64,000 nucleotides of DNA from a bacterium (GCA_963669175.1 OY769902.1:1312001-1376000); one strand, 5' to 3'. Positions 29,601 to 39,980 are shown, counted from the stretch's first letter. Program-made: numbers and translations. The notes: generated by a model from the sequence alone, not told the origin.

Positions 29601-30585
29601 CTGGCTGCCCGGTGAGATGGAAACCTCCTACGAGCTGGTAACAGATGCCGGTACAGCAAATCTGGGTCGTGGTATCGCCTTGGATCCGGCAACCGGTGAC
29701 ATTTACTTGTCTGATTGGGAAGCTCTTGAAAAGCTGACCAACAACGGTGACGGTACTTATACCCGTTCCGACATCACCCTGCCCGCAGGCCCGTCGAGCA
29801 TGTACGGTATCGGTTGGATGCCGAACGAGCCCAACGGCCGTAACCTGATGCTGTTCTGTCAGCTCGATCAGGATGGTGATGATCTGGTCAACGGTACCAT
29901 GTTCTTCATGGCGCCCAACGGTTCCTCCATTGATGATGGCTACATCGTCTATGATGACGATGATGCCGCATCACACATGGCCGGTGGTGTTGCTGTTACC
30001 ACAGCCTACGACACAGGCTGGTACCTGATTGCTACCATGTGCCAGGGATATACCCTTGACCTGTGGGAAGGTTACGAACAGCCCGCGCAGTGGCTCAGCA
30101 TTTCCCCGTCGGAAGGCACCATTGAACCCGACGCCGAAGATGTAGAACTCACGATTACTGCTGACTTCACAGCAGAACATCTTGGCTTTGTTCCTGATTT
30201 CAACGCCGAGATGGGCGCTGGTGAACTTTACATTGATGGCGCAGTCTGGGCAGGCGTTGGCCCGATCAATGTGATCGTGACCCTGACCACCGATGATGTC
30301 GCTGAAAATGATGTCATGCCGTCATCCTACGCGCTGCATCAGAACTACCCGAACCCGTTCAACCCGACCACACAGATCCGGTTTGACCTCGCGCAGCCGG
30401 AAACTGTGAAGCTGTCCGTGTTCAACGTGTTGGGTCAGGAAGTTGTGGTTCTGGCGAACCAGCCGATGCAGGCCGGACGTCATGCACTGAACTTCGATGC
30501 CTCACAGCTCGCAAGCGGTCTGTACTTCTACCGCATCGAAGCCGGTAACTTCACCGACATGAAGAAGATGGTCCTGATGAAATAA
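26692..30585 (+). CDS. Large secreted multidomain protein (nidogen-like, CARDB, LamG-like, FN3-like, carboxypeptidase-regulatory-like, beta-propeller, T9SS CTD)
   Basis: Signal peptide; 'GGPDGYDYYYIDS'; 'APYWDDF'; CARDB 'VTVYNHG...ERDYTDN'; 'GYNVYRD'; C-terminal 'LHQNYPNPFNPTT...KKMVLMK'. Confidence 0.88.
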   Translation: MRVARVVGMSLLAVMLGVVVASAGMFDQLDKASYYGLLDDAKQIYANGGSLTDMQYSILVREGVIREGTDELDETGGPDGYDYYYIDSAEDDGPTYSWIDISESGTEITLGDDEAQSVALPFTFTFYDNDYTSVYISSNGLLGFSESNVDEYTNATIPSADDPDNFFAPYWDDFDPSSGGDIYYGTTTYNDMDAFVVSWVEVPPYNGTATQWATFQGILCEDGSMVAQYAEFGATWAGTPTIGTENEDGTDGLEYRYNTEPEAGSAVMFYHEAPEGVNLYITDVSIDPNPAAPGGDITVSVTVYNHGEDDAGEFDVELFADEDTAPEMGDVGDYTWTVESLGSFESTILTTTGSYDELGAYDVYFIVNTDQSVTERDYTDNITGPVTVNVGLPGVSGLVGEVNATGLVTLSWLEAGEVSDYPGFEFSPEANWEVDGSVATFTGTELANWAYGYNPDVDYDDHVIEASVARLDGNASSSIAIFTRASGSLDDEFHGYLFLMTSGGSYGTAWMDGEGFGWFTSWTATDAINTDPEAVNVMTVAMDGYSATYYINGTEVTSFTDGDELFADGAFGIATHDAAGYDNVLQWTGCSINANAVLAAALTHEENAVAGSDSDDNLFVSSQPIQNNSGVEPRGFLRGFGLDELDEFLGYNVYRDDVMIEEEVDDTTTTDQLEAFGEYSYYVTASYTEGETDPSNTVTIIWTNPEAVSGNVTECTDMGAALEGVEVYADNVLVATTDVNGDYAAAIDPGTYDITFMLDGYIDTIEEDYVVTGASQTLDAVMLYPEGDIAMTDIEITVKIGDEGDSTGTAVVTLGNTGCGPLNYTAMLNVIETPYSNGAVAAAHPAMNNNTPLRRVGSINLAGESAPEIRRGPVDVAANELDELWDLFDGFTYDVSGDEFTGVTGALVLSDRLITCEWGYNSNFGYYEIDFEGNFIVDTDFPAAMQGVRDFEWDGTYIYGANRTDGSVYRWLPGEMETSYELVTDAGTANLGRGIALDPATGDIYLSDWEALEKLTNNGDGTYTRSDITLPAGPSSMYGIGWMPNEPNGRNLMLFCQLDQDGDDLVNGTMFFMAPNGSSIDDGYIVYDDDDAASHMAGGVAVTTAYDTGWYLIATMCQGYTLDLWEGYEQPAQWLSISPSEGTIEPDAEDVELTITADFTAEHLGFVPDFNAEMGAGELYIDGAVWAGVGPINVIVTLTTDDVAENDVMPSSYALHQNYPNPFNPTTQIRFDLAQPETVKLSVFNVLGQEVVVLANQPMQAGRHALNFDASQLASGLYFYRIEAGNFTDMKKMVLMK

Positions 30586-30622
30586 CCTGCTCGCAGGTTG
30601 CTTCATCCTGAAGCAAAACTCC

Positions 30623-30655
30623 AACCCGGATCGCTTAGGCGGTCCGGGTTTTTTT
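30623..30655 (+). terminator. Intrinsic terminator
   Basis: AACCCGGATCGC-TTAG-GCGGTCCGGGTT followed by a T run. Confidence 0.85.
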
Positions 30656-30726
30656 GGCTGCTCACAAGAATTTGTGCATACCATCGAAGAGCACGTTTCG
30701 TCAGGTCTTGAGGTGATGCCTTTTTC
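30656..30726. mobile_element. Left-end fragment of MITE family 1
   Basis: Matches 614-685 and 48496-48566; abuts the terminator. Confidence 0.8.
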
Positions 30727-30834
30727 TAGTTTTTCTACGAAAGCAAAGGCTGGGTGGCCCGATTTTGCCCTGTGATGATGTTGATGCCTTACTCATAATT
30801 GATGATCTGGAAACCTGGTTGCCTTATTCATCAA

Positions 30835-30955
30835 TAGCCCGAATATTTCATGAACGGAACATGGATATTCATCTTAACACAGTTCATATCAACACAATAC
30901 AACTGATTCATACAGCATTTTTCAGGGTACAGTTTGCTCCGGTATCCCTTTGCGT
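30835..30955. mobile_element. Diverged left-end fragment of MITE family 2
   Basis: TAGCCCGAATATTTCATGA terminal repeat and a downstream ACAGTTTG..CCGG block shared with 39981 and 61193. Confidence 0.55.
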
Positions 30956-31000
30956 GTCTATTCCCTGTTTCGCTGGCAAAATAGGCTGAGAATCGGCAAC

Positions 31001-31490
31001 CGCCCCGGCAGGGGCAACCTGTATTAGCCCCGGGCAGCCGCCGTCAGTTTGGCGGCTACCCGGGGAGATAATGCGCATCATATATTTACTCCGGAAGGAG
31101 TAACCTGATAATTATCAAAAGTATACAGTGGAAATATTCAGGCAACCCGCTGCCGGGGTTGGCAAGTAGCGTACATCCTATTCCCACCGTGAGCGCCAAA
31201 CAGACGGCGCTGGACGGTGGGCTAATACAGAGAACCACTGCCGTGGTTCTTGTACTGGCCATTCCATCAAATACCAAATTTGAAATTGCATTGGTGAAAT
31301 ATTCGGGATAGTTGATGGGCAAAGTCGGGATTGTGACAAGTTTTCTTTTCCGTCTACGTTCATCGCCTGTTGGTTGTGCGATCCCTTCGGGATCGGGAAG
31401 GGGGGAGCAGAATTGTTCTCCCGGCGCTTACGCACCGCGCTATTCAAGGGTCACCTCTTCGAGGTGTATTGTCTTTCGAATTCGAAAGTA
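31001..31490. repeat. Cluster of GC-rich palindromes (REP-like)
   Basis: Hairpins such as CCCCGGGCAGCCGCC...GGCGGCTACCCGGGG, CCCACCGT...ACGGTGGG, ATCCCTTCGGGAT and CACCTCTTCGAGGTG. Confidence 0.5.
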
Positions 31491-31624
31491 GCCCAATACC
31501 TACGCACAGATATTACCAAACACTACGCTCGAAAATAGCCATATTTTTCGCTCGAACATTGCCAAACTAAAAGAAACCCCGCTCAACAAGTTGAACAGGG
31601 TTGAAAAGTCGGTTCTTTTCCTTT

Positions 31625-33235
31625 TCAGATAATCGTATCCCTCGCTTCCAGGAATTCATCCGGGCCGGGGTAGTCGGTGGTGAAATGGAGCCCACGGCTT
31701 TCCTTACGCATCAGGGCGCATTCGACCACCAGTTTGGCGACCTGGGCCATGTTCCGCATCTCGACCAGCTCCGGGCCTACCACCGTCCGCTGCCAGTAGT
31801 CTTCCACTTCCGCCGTAATCAGGTCCAGCCTGCGTTTGGCACGGATCAGGCGGTGGTTTGAACGGACGATACCGACATAATAGCCCATCAGCTTCTGGAC
31901 TTCCTTACGGTCGTAAGAAATCAGGCCCCATTCTTCCGGATCGTAGGTGCCGGAGTCATCCCACACCGGGATATCCGGAAGAGTTTCGCCTTCATTTTCT
32001 GCCAGCAGACGTTTGGCTTGTTCGGCAGCATGCGAAGCAAAAACGACCGCTTCCAGCAGGGAGTTGGAAGCCAGACGATTAGCGCCGTGCAGCCCGGTGC
32101 AGGTAACCTCGCCTGCCGCCAGCAGACGTTCGAGGCTGGTGCGAGCTTCCATGTCCGTTATAACCCCGCCGCACTGGTAATGCGCTGCGGGAACGACCGG
32201 GATGGGTTGCCTGGTGATATCGATATTATGTTCGTCTTTGAGCGTATTGTAAATCGTGGGGAAGCGTTCTTTCAGTGCTTCCGCGTCCAGGTGGGTTACA
32301 TCCAGCCAGACATGTTCGATTCCCCAACGGATCAACTCGTTGTGGATAGCCCGGGCAACGATATCGCGTGGCGCCAGTTCTGCCAGTTCATGGACCTTCT
32401 CCATGAATCGTTCACCACGATGATTTTTCAGGTGGCCACCGAATCCGCGAACGGCTTCCGAAATCAGGAACGATCGTCCTTTTCTGCTGTTGGCGGAATA
32501 GAGGGCTGTGGGGTGGAACTGCATGAACTCGAGGTTCGCCAGTCGTGCGCCGGCCCGCCATGCCATCGCGACCCCATCACCGGTTGCGATAGATGGATTG
32601 GTGGTATGCCGCCAGACCCGTCCCATGCCTCCGGTTGCCAGCAGGGTAATCCTCGCCGGAACCAGTTTGACCCGGTTATGCTCCGGATCGAACACATAGG
32701 CGCCGAAACAGCGTCGGCTGGTAGGCTTGCGATGGGAGCGCTGCAAGTGACGATCTGTCACCAGGTCCACCGCGAGCGTATTCTCGATCATGGTGACGTT
32801 GGGATGGTCACGCAGGGCTTCCAGCAGGGCGCGTTCCACTTCACGTCCGGTAAAATCAGCTTTATGGACGATACGGTGACGGCTGTGGCCGCCTTCACGG
32901 CCCAATTCCAGTTTTCCCTGCATATCCTTGGAAAACTCAGCGCCCCAGGCCATCAGGCGTTGAATACGACCGGGCCCTTCACGCGCGACCAGCTCCACCA
33001 CTTCCGGCTTGGAAAGACCCGCGCCAGCCTTGTGGGAATCTTCCATGTGGAGGTCGATGGAATCATCATCGCCCATTGCAGCGGCAATGCCACCCTGGGC
33101 GTAGTTGGTGGCCGAGTCGGCGGACCCTTTCTTGGTCACCACCATGACCGTTCCCTTGTCCGCCAGCTCCAGTGCAAACGACAGTCCGGCAATTCCGGAG
33201 CCTATAACCAGGACGTCGTATGTCGGTTCTTTCAC
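31625..33235 (-). CDS. nadB: L-aspartate oxidase
   Basis: 'GSGIAGL', 'YAQGGIA', 'EGGHSRHRIVH', 'QFHPT', 'ELAPRDIVARAI', 'GLHGANRLASNSLLE' and 'ESRGLHF'. The GTG start overlaps the upstream stop. Confidence 0.95.
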   Translation of the reverse strand: MKEPTYDVLVIGSGIAGLSFALELADKGTVMVVTKKGSADSATNYAQGGIAAAMGDDDSIDLHMEDSHKAGAGLSKPEVVELVAREGPGRIQRLMAWGAEFSKDMQGKLELGREGGHSRHRIVHKADFTGREVERALLEALRDHPNVTMIENTLAVDLVTDRHLQRSHRKPTSRRCFGAYVFDPEHNRVKLVPARITLLATGGMGRVWRHTTNPSIATGDGVAMAWRAGARLANLEFMQFHPTALYSANSRKGRSFLISEAVRGFGGHLKNHRGERFMEKVHELAELAPRDIVARAIHNELIRWGIEHVWLDVTHLDAEALKERFPTIYNTLKDEHNIDITRQPIPVVPAAHYQCGGVITDMEARTSLERLLAAGEVTCTGLHGANRLASNSLLEAVVFASHAAEQAKRLLAENEGETLPDIPVWDDSGTYDPEEWGLISYDRKEVQKLMGYYVGIVRSNHRLIRAKRRLDLITAEVEDYWQRTVVGPELVEMRNMAQVAKLVVECALMRKESRGLHFTTDYPGPDEFLEARDTII

Positions 33236-34437
33236 GTCGGCAATACCATCCGTATGACCGTTCGTTCGTGAGGACGGCTTTCCTTCACGAAGATGCGGCC
33301 GTGGTGCATCTCTTCCACAATCCGGCGGCCAAGGGACAAGCCTAATCCCCAACCACGCTTTTTCGTAGTATATCCAGGTCGGAATATGGTCTTCTGTTCA
33401 AAGGGGGCAATTCCCTTTCCCCTGTCCGCTACATCAATATACACACGTTCATCGACTTTTCCTGATTCAATTGAAATCTCGCCCTCTCCTTCCATGGCCT
33501 GGGCCGCATTCTTCATCAGGTTCTCCAGAACCCAGCCAATCAGGTCGGCCTGGATACGGGCGGTGCCACTGTCCAGATCCACGTAAGTGATCGTAATGCC
33601 ACTGCCTACACGGTGCCGCATATAGTCAACCGCAGCCTCGATAACATCAGTAACGGGAAGGTGCTTCAATTCTTCCGGGGAACCAATCTTGGAGAAACGA
33701 ATGGCGATACGTTCCAGCCGGGCGACATCCTGACGCATGCGGACAGTAACATCTCCACCCTTGTCGCCAAGCACTTCAAGCCAGCCAAGCAGGGAAGAGA
33801 TGGGCGTGCCCAACTGGTGAGCGGTTTCACGGGCCATACCCACCCAGACACTCTGTTCTTCCGCTTTCCGGATATTGCGGAAACCGATATAGCCGAGGAT
33901 GACATACAATGAGCCTACCACACTGGCAATGCCGGAAAACCAGCGGAGCAGGTTTACAATGGCAGGATCATCAAAGTGGAAATAGTCGGTGAAACCGTAA
34001 TATTCCAACGGCACCGGCTGATTGCCCTTGTCCATGTGCGCCATAATTTCCCGTACATGCTCACGCGCAGCCGCTGTGGTGTCATCCGGGGCGATACTGA
34101 TGTTCTTCCAGAATTTCGGGTTGCCATCGCTGTCCGCCAGGATCAAGGGGAAATCAATACCTTCCACCGCATCGAGGAACAGGTCCGGATTGTCACTCAG
34201 GATCAGGTTGCGGTAATACTCAACGGACAGCGACAGGTGCGAACGTGTAGACTCGCGCACATCCTGAACAAGAAGCTGTGTGGAGTATAGTAACGCAGCG
34301 GCAAGAGCCAGGCCGCCAAGGAATAGCAATCCCTTGTACAGTCCGGCACGGCGCAACTGCGCCGGTGGGCCGCTGAGTTTGGATGATGTGTTCCCGGAAC
34401 GCTGTGCGCGCCGGGTTTGTGCATCATGCCGCGTCAT
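33232..34437 (-). CDS. Membrane sensor histidine kinase
   Basis: Two TM helices; H-box 'ARETAHQLGTP'; 'ENLMKNA'; 'DRGKG'; 'GYTTKKRGWGLGL'. Confidence 0.92.
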   Translation of the reverse strand: MTRHDAQTRRAQRSGNTSSKLSGPPAQLRRAGLYKGLLFLGGLALAAALLYSTQLLVQDVRESTRSHLSLSVEYYRNLILSDNPDLFLDAVEGIDFPLILADSDGNPKFWKNISIAPDDTTAAAREHVREIMAHMDKGNQPVPLEYYGFTDYFHFDDPAIVNLLRWFSGIASVVGSLYVILGYIGFRNIRKAEEQSVWVGMARETAHQLGTPISSLLGWLEVLGDKGGDVTVRMRQDVARLERIAIRFSKIGSPEELKHLPVTDVIEAAVDYMRHRVGSGITITYVDLDSGTARIQADLIGWVLENLMKNAAQAMEGEGEISIESGKVDERVYIDVADRGKGIAPFEQKTIFRPGYTTKKRGWGLGLSLGRRIVEEMHHGRIFVKESRPHERTVIRMVLPT

Positions 34438-36916
34438 CTGCCTCCAAAGGTGTCTCCACGTGGACCGTAGCCTTGCGCCGAGCCAGGAACGGACCGCCAA
34501 TACTAAGGGCAAGAATGATCAGCCAGCCAACAACAGACAAACTTAAAGCGGCGTTCCAATGCGCGGGTTTGTAGGAGAAGATGACTTCCGACTCACCACT
34601 CGGTATCTCAATCGCCCTCATCATGCCATATGCACGCAGGATATCGGTTTTCGTTCCGTTGATCGTCGCCGTCCAGCCCGCAGAGGTATAGGAATCCAGC
34701 AATACCAGCATCGCCGGTTGATCCGATGCAACCTTGATCGTGACCTGGTTGGGGTTCCAGCCCGTGATTTCCGAAGAAGCAGTCATACTATCCACCATCG
34801 GGATGGAAGGCTGACGGTCCAGGATCAGTTTCTTGTTCGGGTCAAAATGATCCGCTGAAATTCGATCAAGCGCTTCTTCTGTTTCCGGTACGATTTCCCA
34901 CTGTCCACGCACAAAAGTGCGTTCCAGTGAGGGGATGGCGTACAGGTTACCGCCCTGGCTTCTGAAGAACGGGTTCCAGCCCTGCAAGGCTTGTTGTGAA
35001 TACAGATACTTTACATTGAAGACGTTCATAACTCCGGGCTTGGTCAGGGTCTGCTTCTCTTCCAGGTACCCGTAGCTGGCGGGTTTGGAACCTGTGTAAC
35101 CGCCCTGCAGGGCAATATGATGCGCGGCCCAGGTGTTGGTAAGGCGGGTGCGGTCCAATGGCAACAGACGTCCACGGGGAGCATCCTGCATGGTCTTGAT
35201 AATATCATCTTCCGCGAAGTAGGCGTTCACCCGGTTCATGGACTGGGGGTGCAGCAGGCGAGTTGCCATGGGAGCGAGATCGAAGATCAACATGATAGAA
35301 AGGATCAACCCGCCGACCCATACCGGGAGTTTTTTCCACACGACCAGCCAGAGGGTTACGAGGGTCAGGTGAATCAGGAGCAGGGAACGCATGACACTTT
35401 CTGCAGCCATGTCGCCCAAACGGTCACCGATCTGCGCCATACGTGGTTTAACACCTGCGACCATACCAGCCACGTTATCTGCGATCATACCCTGAAGCGC
35501 AACACCAAGCAACAGCAAAACACCCGCTGTCGCCAGGGAAATCAACAATCCTTTCGCCCATTTCCTGCGTTGTGCTTCTTCAGCGTGTTTAAGGTTGAAG
35601 ATAAACTGCAGTCCGAATCCTGCCAGCGCCAGCGCTGAAATCAACACCAGGATATGAATCATCATCGGGACACGGAATTTGTTGAAATAGGGCAGATAGT
35701 CGTAGAAGAACTGGTACAGGATCGGCCCGAAACTGCCCCAGCTTGTCATCCAGGCCAGCAAACCGGCAGCAAAGAAGGTCCAGGTTTTCCAACTGCGACG
35801 ATTGCCTACCAGTCCGATAAAGGCCAGCACGATCACCGGGGCGCCCCAATACAGCGGCATGTCGGTAAAAGGCATGTATCCCCAATAGGTCTGTCCACCG
35901 AAACCGTAAAAATCAGGGAACAGCAGGCTCCAGGATTCTTTCGGGTGATAGGACCAGTTGGTGGCGTATTCCCATGAAACACCCTTCGCGCCACGGATGG
36001 TGTCATGCGAATAGGTAAGGGTATTGAAATAGATGACACCAGTCGCAATCACCCCCAGCAGGCCGCCGACAGCCAGCACACCGGCTTCAAGGGCGATACG
36101 CTTGCCCTGCTTCGCGCGCAGGTTATGAATTACCCGGCCGACAAACCACAATCCGGCCAGCATGTATCCGTAATAGGCAACCTGGATGTGTTGGGTGAAC
36201 ATGAGCATGGTGAATGCCAAGCCCAGCAGGCCGGTGCGTCCCAGGCCGGGTTTTTCCAGTGCTCGATCCAGCGCCAGCAGCACCCAGGGAAGGAAACACA
36301 TGGCGTAGAGCTTGGAACCGTGCCCCACATCGCCCAGCACGACAAGTTGTGGACTCAACAGGAAGGCGATCCCACCGAACAACTGCACCCAGGCATTGCC
36401 GCCGAGGTGACGAATCAACCAGGCGACACCTACCGCGCCAATCAGGTGATGCAGCAGGATGAAATCTACCGGGGAACCGAAAAACAACAGCCAGCCAAGG
36501 CCGCCGTTGTAGAATCCCGGCTGTGCCGCATCACGTATAAAACCTTCGCTTACCCAGACCATCGGGTTCCACAACCAGCTCGACTGGAAGGATTCGAACA
36601 TGGCCATGCCACCGTAGAAATAAGGATTCCAGAACGGGAACACTCCCTGTTCCAGCCAATAAGCGGCAATGCGGCGCAGGCTGATAGCGCTGATCCGGTC
36701 CGGGGTTAAATTCAGCCCCATCCCTTCAAATACGCATTTTGCCCATACCCCGAGAATGATCAGGTACAATGCAAACGGAACAAGGAAGCGTGCATCGAGC
36801 AGCCACCGCCATTTGGGGGGCAGCTTATCCTTGCTCAGCAGCGGTTGTACTTCGCGTGTCTTCGGCTTTACGTCGCCCTTGGGCGCTGTGTCGCTCTGCT
36901 TTTTCTGCTTGGCCAT
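34424..36916 (-). CDS. YfhO-family membrane protein (GT-C-like)
   Basis: 'PFWNPYFYGGM', 'WSYHPKE', 'FNKFRVP' and 'GWTATING...RAIEIPSGESEVIFSYKP'. Confidence 0.82.
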   Translation of the reverse strand: MAKQKKQSDTAPKGDVKPKTREVQPLLSKDKLPPKWRWLLDARFLVPFALYLIILGVWAKCVFEGMGLNLTPDRISAISLRRIAAYWLEQGVFPFWNPYFYGGMAMFESFQSSWLWNPMVWVSEGFIRDAAQPGFYNGGLGWLLFFGSPVDFILLHHLIGAVGVAWLIRHLGGNAWVQLFGGIAFLLSPQLVVLGDVGHGSKLYAMCFLPWVLLALDRALEKPGLGRTGLLGLAFTMLMFTQHIQVAYYGYMLAGLWFVGRVIHNLRAKQGKRIALEAGVLAVGGLLGVIATGVIYFNTLTYSHDTIRGAKGVSWEYATNWSYHPKESWSLLFPDFYGFGGQTYWGYMPFTDMPLYWGAPVIVLAFIGLVGNRRSWKTWTFFAAGLLAWMTSWGSFGPILYQFFYDYLPYFNKFRVPMMIHILVLISALALAGFGLQFIFNLKHAEEAQRRKWAKGLLISLATAGVLLLLGVALQGMIADNVAGMVAGVKPRMAQIGDRLGDMAAESVMRSLLLIHLTLVTLWLVVWKKLPVWVGGLILSIMLIFDLAPMATRLLHPQSMNRVNAYFAEDDIIKTMQDAPRGRLLPLDRTRLTNTWAAHHIALQGGYTGSKPASYGYLEEKQTLTKPGVMNVFNVKYLYSQQALQGWNPFFRSQGGNLYAIPSLERTFVRGQWEIVPETEEALDRISADHFDPNKKLILDRQPSIPMVDSMTASSEITGWNPNQVTIKVASDQPAMLVLLDSYTSAGWTATINGTKTDILRAYGMMRAIEIPSGESEVIFSYKPAHWNAALSLSVVGWLIILALSIGGPFLARRKATVHVETPLEADDAA

Positions 36917-36936
36917 GAGTTCTGGTGCCTGTATGG

Positions 36937-38955
36937 TTACTTGCCGTCGCTTTCAGGAATCACACGATCCAACTTATCAATATAGGTATCTGCATACGGC
37001 ACTTCCTGCACAATTTGCTCCCAGATATCCATTGCTTTTTGATAATCTCCGATTGCCCAGAGGATTTCTGCATAGTGATCCAGGCAGATCCATTCTTCCT
37101 GTATTTCTGATTCTATTTGCTGCATAATTTCCAGCGCTTGATCATACTGCCCCATTCTGAATAGAACCCAGACTTTTGTATCGAGAACGCTTGGATTATC
37201 CGGATCATTTTCCAGGCTTCGATTGACCATGCTCAGCGCAGAATTATAACTGGCAACATCCTCAATTTCCGCAATATGATACGCATAATCATTCAGTACC
37301 ACAGGGTCATCGGGAAAACGCTGATAGGCATCTTGATAGTACTCATTTGCTTTTTCGATATCTCCCAGCTTTCGGTAGCAATCTCCCACGCGCAGAACCA
37401 GTCTACTGGAATCCGGATACAACTCAAGCTCTTTCAATGTATAGGGCAGGAGTTTTTCCGTTTGGCCGGATTCCATGGCAACCCCAATCAGGTATCCCCA
37501 GATAAAATCATTCTCCATGTCGGCTTCATGTGCTTGAATCAGCAGGGAAATTGCCTCATCAACCTTCTTCATATGCAATAATGCATGGGCAATCAGGACC
37601 GGTGTGTCCGGGTTATCCGGGTTGTTAGTCTGATACGCCAGTGCAACATCATATGCCTGTTCAGTCTGCTTCATCTTGCAAAGATAATACATCGTATTGT
37701 AAGCCAGATTCCAGGAATTTGGATTTCGCGACAGGGCATGAGAATATAAGCGATATCCGGCATCCCATTTTTTACAATCGTTGATGAAAGCGCGAAACTC
37801 GTTCAAGACAACAATCTCTTCACCGGATTCAAGGGCAGTCTGATCAATATAGGTCTCAATCTCGTCCCAGCGGTCCATCTTTTCAAGCGCCATCAGTTTA
37901 ATGGCTAACATGGCAGGGCTGTCAGGATTCTCTTCCAGGAACTGCTCCGCTTTTTCGTAGGCTTTTTCATACCAGCCTGCGTCGAAATAGAAGCCCACAG
38001 CCATCATGGATATCTGTTGATCGCCACCCGTAAACACTTCCAACCTGCCAAGCAGGGAATCCCCCAATTCATATTTCTTCTCAAAAAAGGCCAGCATTAT
38101 CCTGATAATATTTGCTGCAATATAGGCATCGACTTCTTCCTGGGTGGAATATTGGCCCAGTTTGGTTTCGGTTTCATTGATATAAAGACAAACCAGGGAA
38201 TCGCCTTTGGTAAAAGATCCCTGCATAATAAGCTGAAGGCCACATCGCAAGTGGAAGTTAGACCTGGCCACCGGACTTGCAGCCAGAACCATCGCAATCT
38301 GTCCCACCGGGTTGTCATGGTCCAGTTTCGCTGCCATTTTGAAGGCGAGCAGTTCCTGGCTACGAGTGTCTCCAATAGCTTCATACACAGCGCCCAGCCC
38401 CACATAGGCAAACACATTGTCGTCATCCAGCTCGAGCGCCTTCTGGTAGCAGGTAATCGAAACGGCGGGGACGTTATAGACATAATAGATATAGGCTACA
38501 TCTAACAAAGCGTTCACTGTCAGGACGCTATCAAGTTTCACCGCGTCATCAACAAAGCCGTCCATGGGTTCTTTTTCCGGATCGATGGCACTGACCCCAT
38601 ACAGGAAGACTCGCAGGTATACGTCTCCAAGCTCATTGTCCAGGGGAACATTCAGCATCTCCGAGATCAGGTTCATCGCGGCACGAGCCTCATGCACCAT
38701 AACAGCGGTTTTTATCCAGGCGACAGTAACTTCAATGTTCTCCGGGTCTGCTTTTACCGCCTGTTTAAATAACTCTTCAGCTCGTTCCCATTTCCCCATT
38801 TCGGCGATACGTTTAGCTTCATCAACAAGGGTCTGGGCGCGGATATTCATTCTCTGGTGATCCGCTAATCCTGTCGAAACGAAAGCGAAAAGCAGAAAAC
38901 CCAGGATCACAGTGAATTTTACCGGCCGAAGCAGCAACACCCAAAACCAATCCAT
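36937..38955 (-). CDS. Exported tetratricopeptide-repeat protein
   Basis: Signal peptide; many TPR patterns; 'VLNDYAY...LDTKVWVLFRMG' tail. Confidence 0.85.
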   Translation of the reverse strand: MDWFWVLLLRPVKFTVILGFLLFAFVSTGLADHQRMNIRAQTLVDEAKRIAEMGKWERAEELFKQAVKADPENIEVTVAWIKTAVMVHEARAAMNLISEMLNVPLDNELGDVYLRVFLYGVSAIDPEKEPMDGFVDDAVKLDSVLTVNALLDVAYIYYVYNVPAVSITCYQKALELDDDNVFAYVGLGAVYEAIGDTRSQELLAFKMAAKLDHDNPVGQIAMVLAASPVARSNFHLRCGLQLIMQGSFTKGDSLVCLYINETETKLGQYSTQEEVDAYIAANIIRIMLAFFEKKYELGDSLLGRLEVFTGGDQQISMMAVGFYFDAGWYEKAYEKAEQFLEENPDSPAMLAIKLMALEKMDRWDEIETYIDQTALESGEEIVVLNEFRAFINDCKKWDAGYRLYSHALSRNPNSWNLAYNTMYYLCKMKQTEQAYDVALAYQTNNPDNPDTPVLIAHALLHMKKVDEAISLLIQAHEADMENDFIWGYLIGVAMESGQTEKLLPYTLKELELYPDSSRLVLRVGDCYRKLGDIEKANEYYQDAYQRFPDDPVVLNDYAYHIAEIEDVASYNSALSMVNRSLENDPDNPSVLDTKVWVLFRMGQYDQALEIMQQIESEIQEEWICLDHYAEILWAIGDYQKAMDIWEQIVQEVPYADTYIDKLDRVIPESDGK

Positions 38956-39066
38956 ACCTCCCCCTATAAAGAATATTGAATACTCAAATAAATCAACATG
39001 ATGCTAGTGGATCAAAGCAGGTGCAATGGTCCACTAAGGAGTTACCCAATCGTCTCAAGTTGTTCC

Positions 39067-39900
39067 TTATCTACCTGGAAGCGTACGCTTTTCTGTATCG
39101 CTTTCTGTCATGGTATAGAAGAAAATCGCATCGACGCCACGGTTATAAACCAGGACACGGTTCTTCCGGTCCTGCAGGCTGGTATCTTTTCGCACAGCTT
39201 CCATATCCGGATATTTTCCCAATCTTCCAAACGCCGCCACCATCTGTTCCGGCTGATGATATTTCGAAGCATACAGGTCAATGATAAAACCGAAATAGAC
39301 CGCTCCCCGGGTTTGATCCTCTGCGGCGTTGTTCAGCACATCATCAACGCCTTTCGTGATAGCATTTATCGCTCGTTGAAACAGTTTCAACCGTTCTCGT
39401 CTACGGTTGTCCATAGGTTGATCATCCCATCTGCCCAGTTGTTCCACGGGGATAAGGTATCGTACGCTTGCAAGGAAACGTGAATCGGGGTAGCGCTCGA
39501 ACTGCGGAAGCAATACATCATTGTAATAGCCCTCATCCAATCTTCCCAAAACAGCGTGCGGCCAGTGACGTCCTGCAAGATCACAATCATGATTCTCCTG
39601 CTTGATCACCATACCATAAAACTGGTTCCTGGCCAGAACATTTTCCTTGATGCCATGTCCGCCACTGAAGCCGCCGAGACGAGCCCGTCGAAGGATCACA
39701 TAGCTCATGGCTACTGATTTCTCATAGACATTCGCAGAATCCAGCGCAAAATCATTGATCTCTGACATGACACAAGCAATCATATACAATCGGTCAGATT
39801 CATCCCAGTCAATCGGCATACCATCGATGGTTGAGGTGCCAGCCCAAGCATCTGCCACCATGATGAGGTATAAAACCAGTAAGGTTTGTATCAGCTTCAT
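39067..39900 (-). CDS. Exported hypothetical protein
   Basis: GGAGG SD; signal peptide MKLIQ...AWA; no recognised domain. Confidence 0.7.
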   Translation of the reverse strand: MKLIQTLLVLYLIMVADAWAGTSTIDGMPIDWDESDRLYMIACVMSEINDFALDSANVYEKSVAMSYVILRRARLGGFSGGHGIKENVLARNQFYGMVIKQENHDCDLAGRHWPHAVLGRLDEGYYNDVLLPQFERYPDSRFLASVRYLIPVEQLGRWDDQPMDNRRRERLKLFQRAINAITKGVDDVLNNAAEDQTRGAVYFGFIIDLYASKYHQPEQMVAAFGRLGKYPDMEAVRKDTSLQDRKNRVLVYNRGVDAIFFYTMTESDTEKRTLPGR

Positions 39901-39980
39901 CTGTCGAATCCCCCTCCCCCAGAAGTGAACCATCCACAGGTGGTAACAGTGTAGCGATTAAAAAAGTCATGACGACTATT

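Noticed and set aside
32018-33271. 417-aa plus-strand ORF and other long antisense ORFs (e.g. 13175-13870, 20439-21233, 25021-25731)
   Set aside because: These are shadow frames opposite well-supported genes with biased codon usage.
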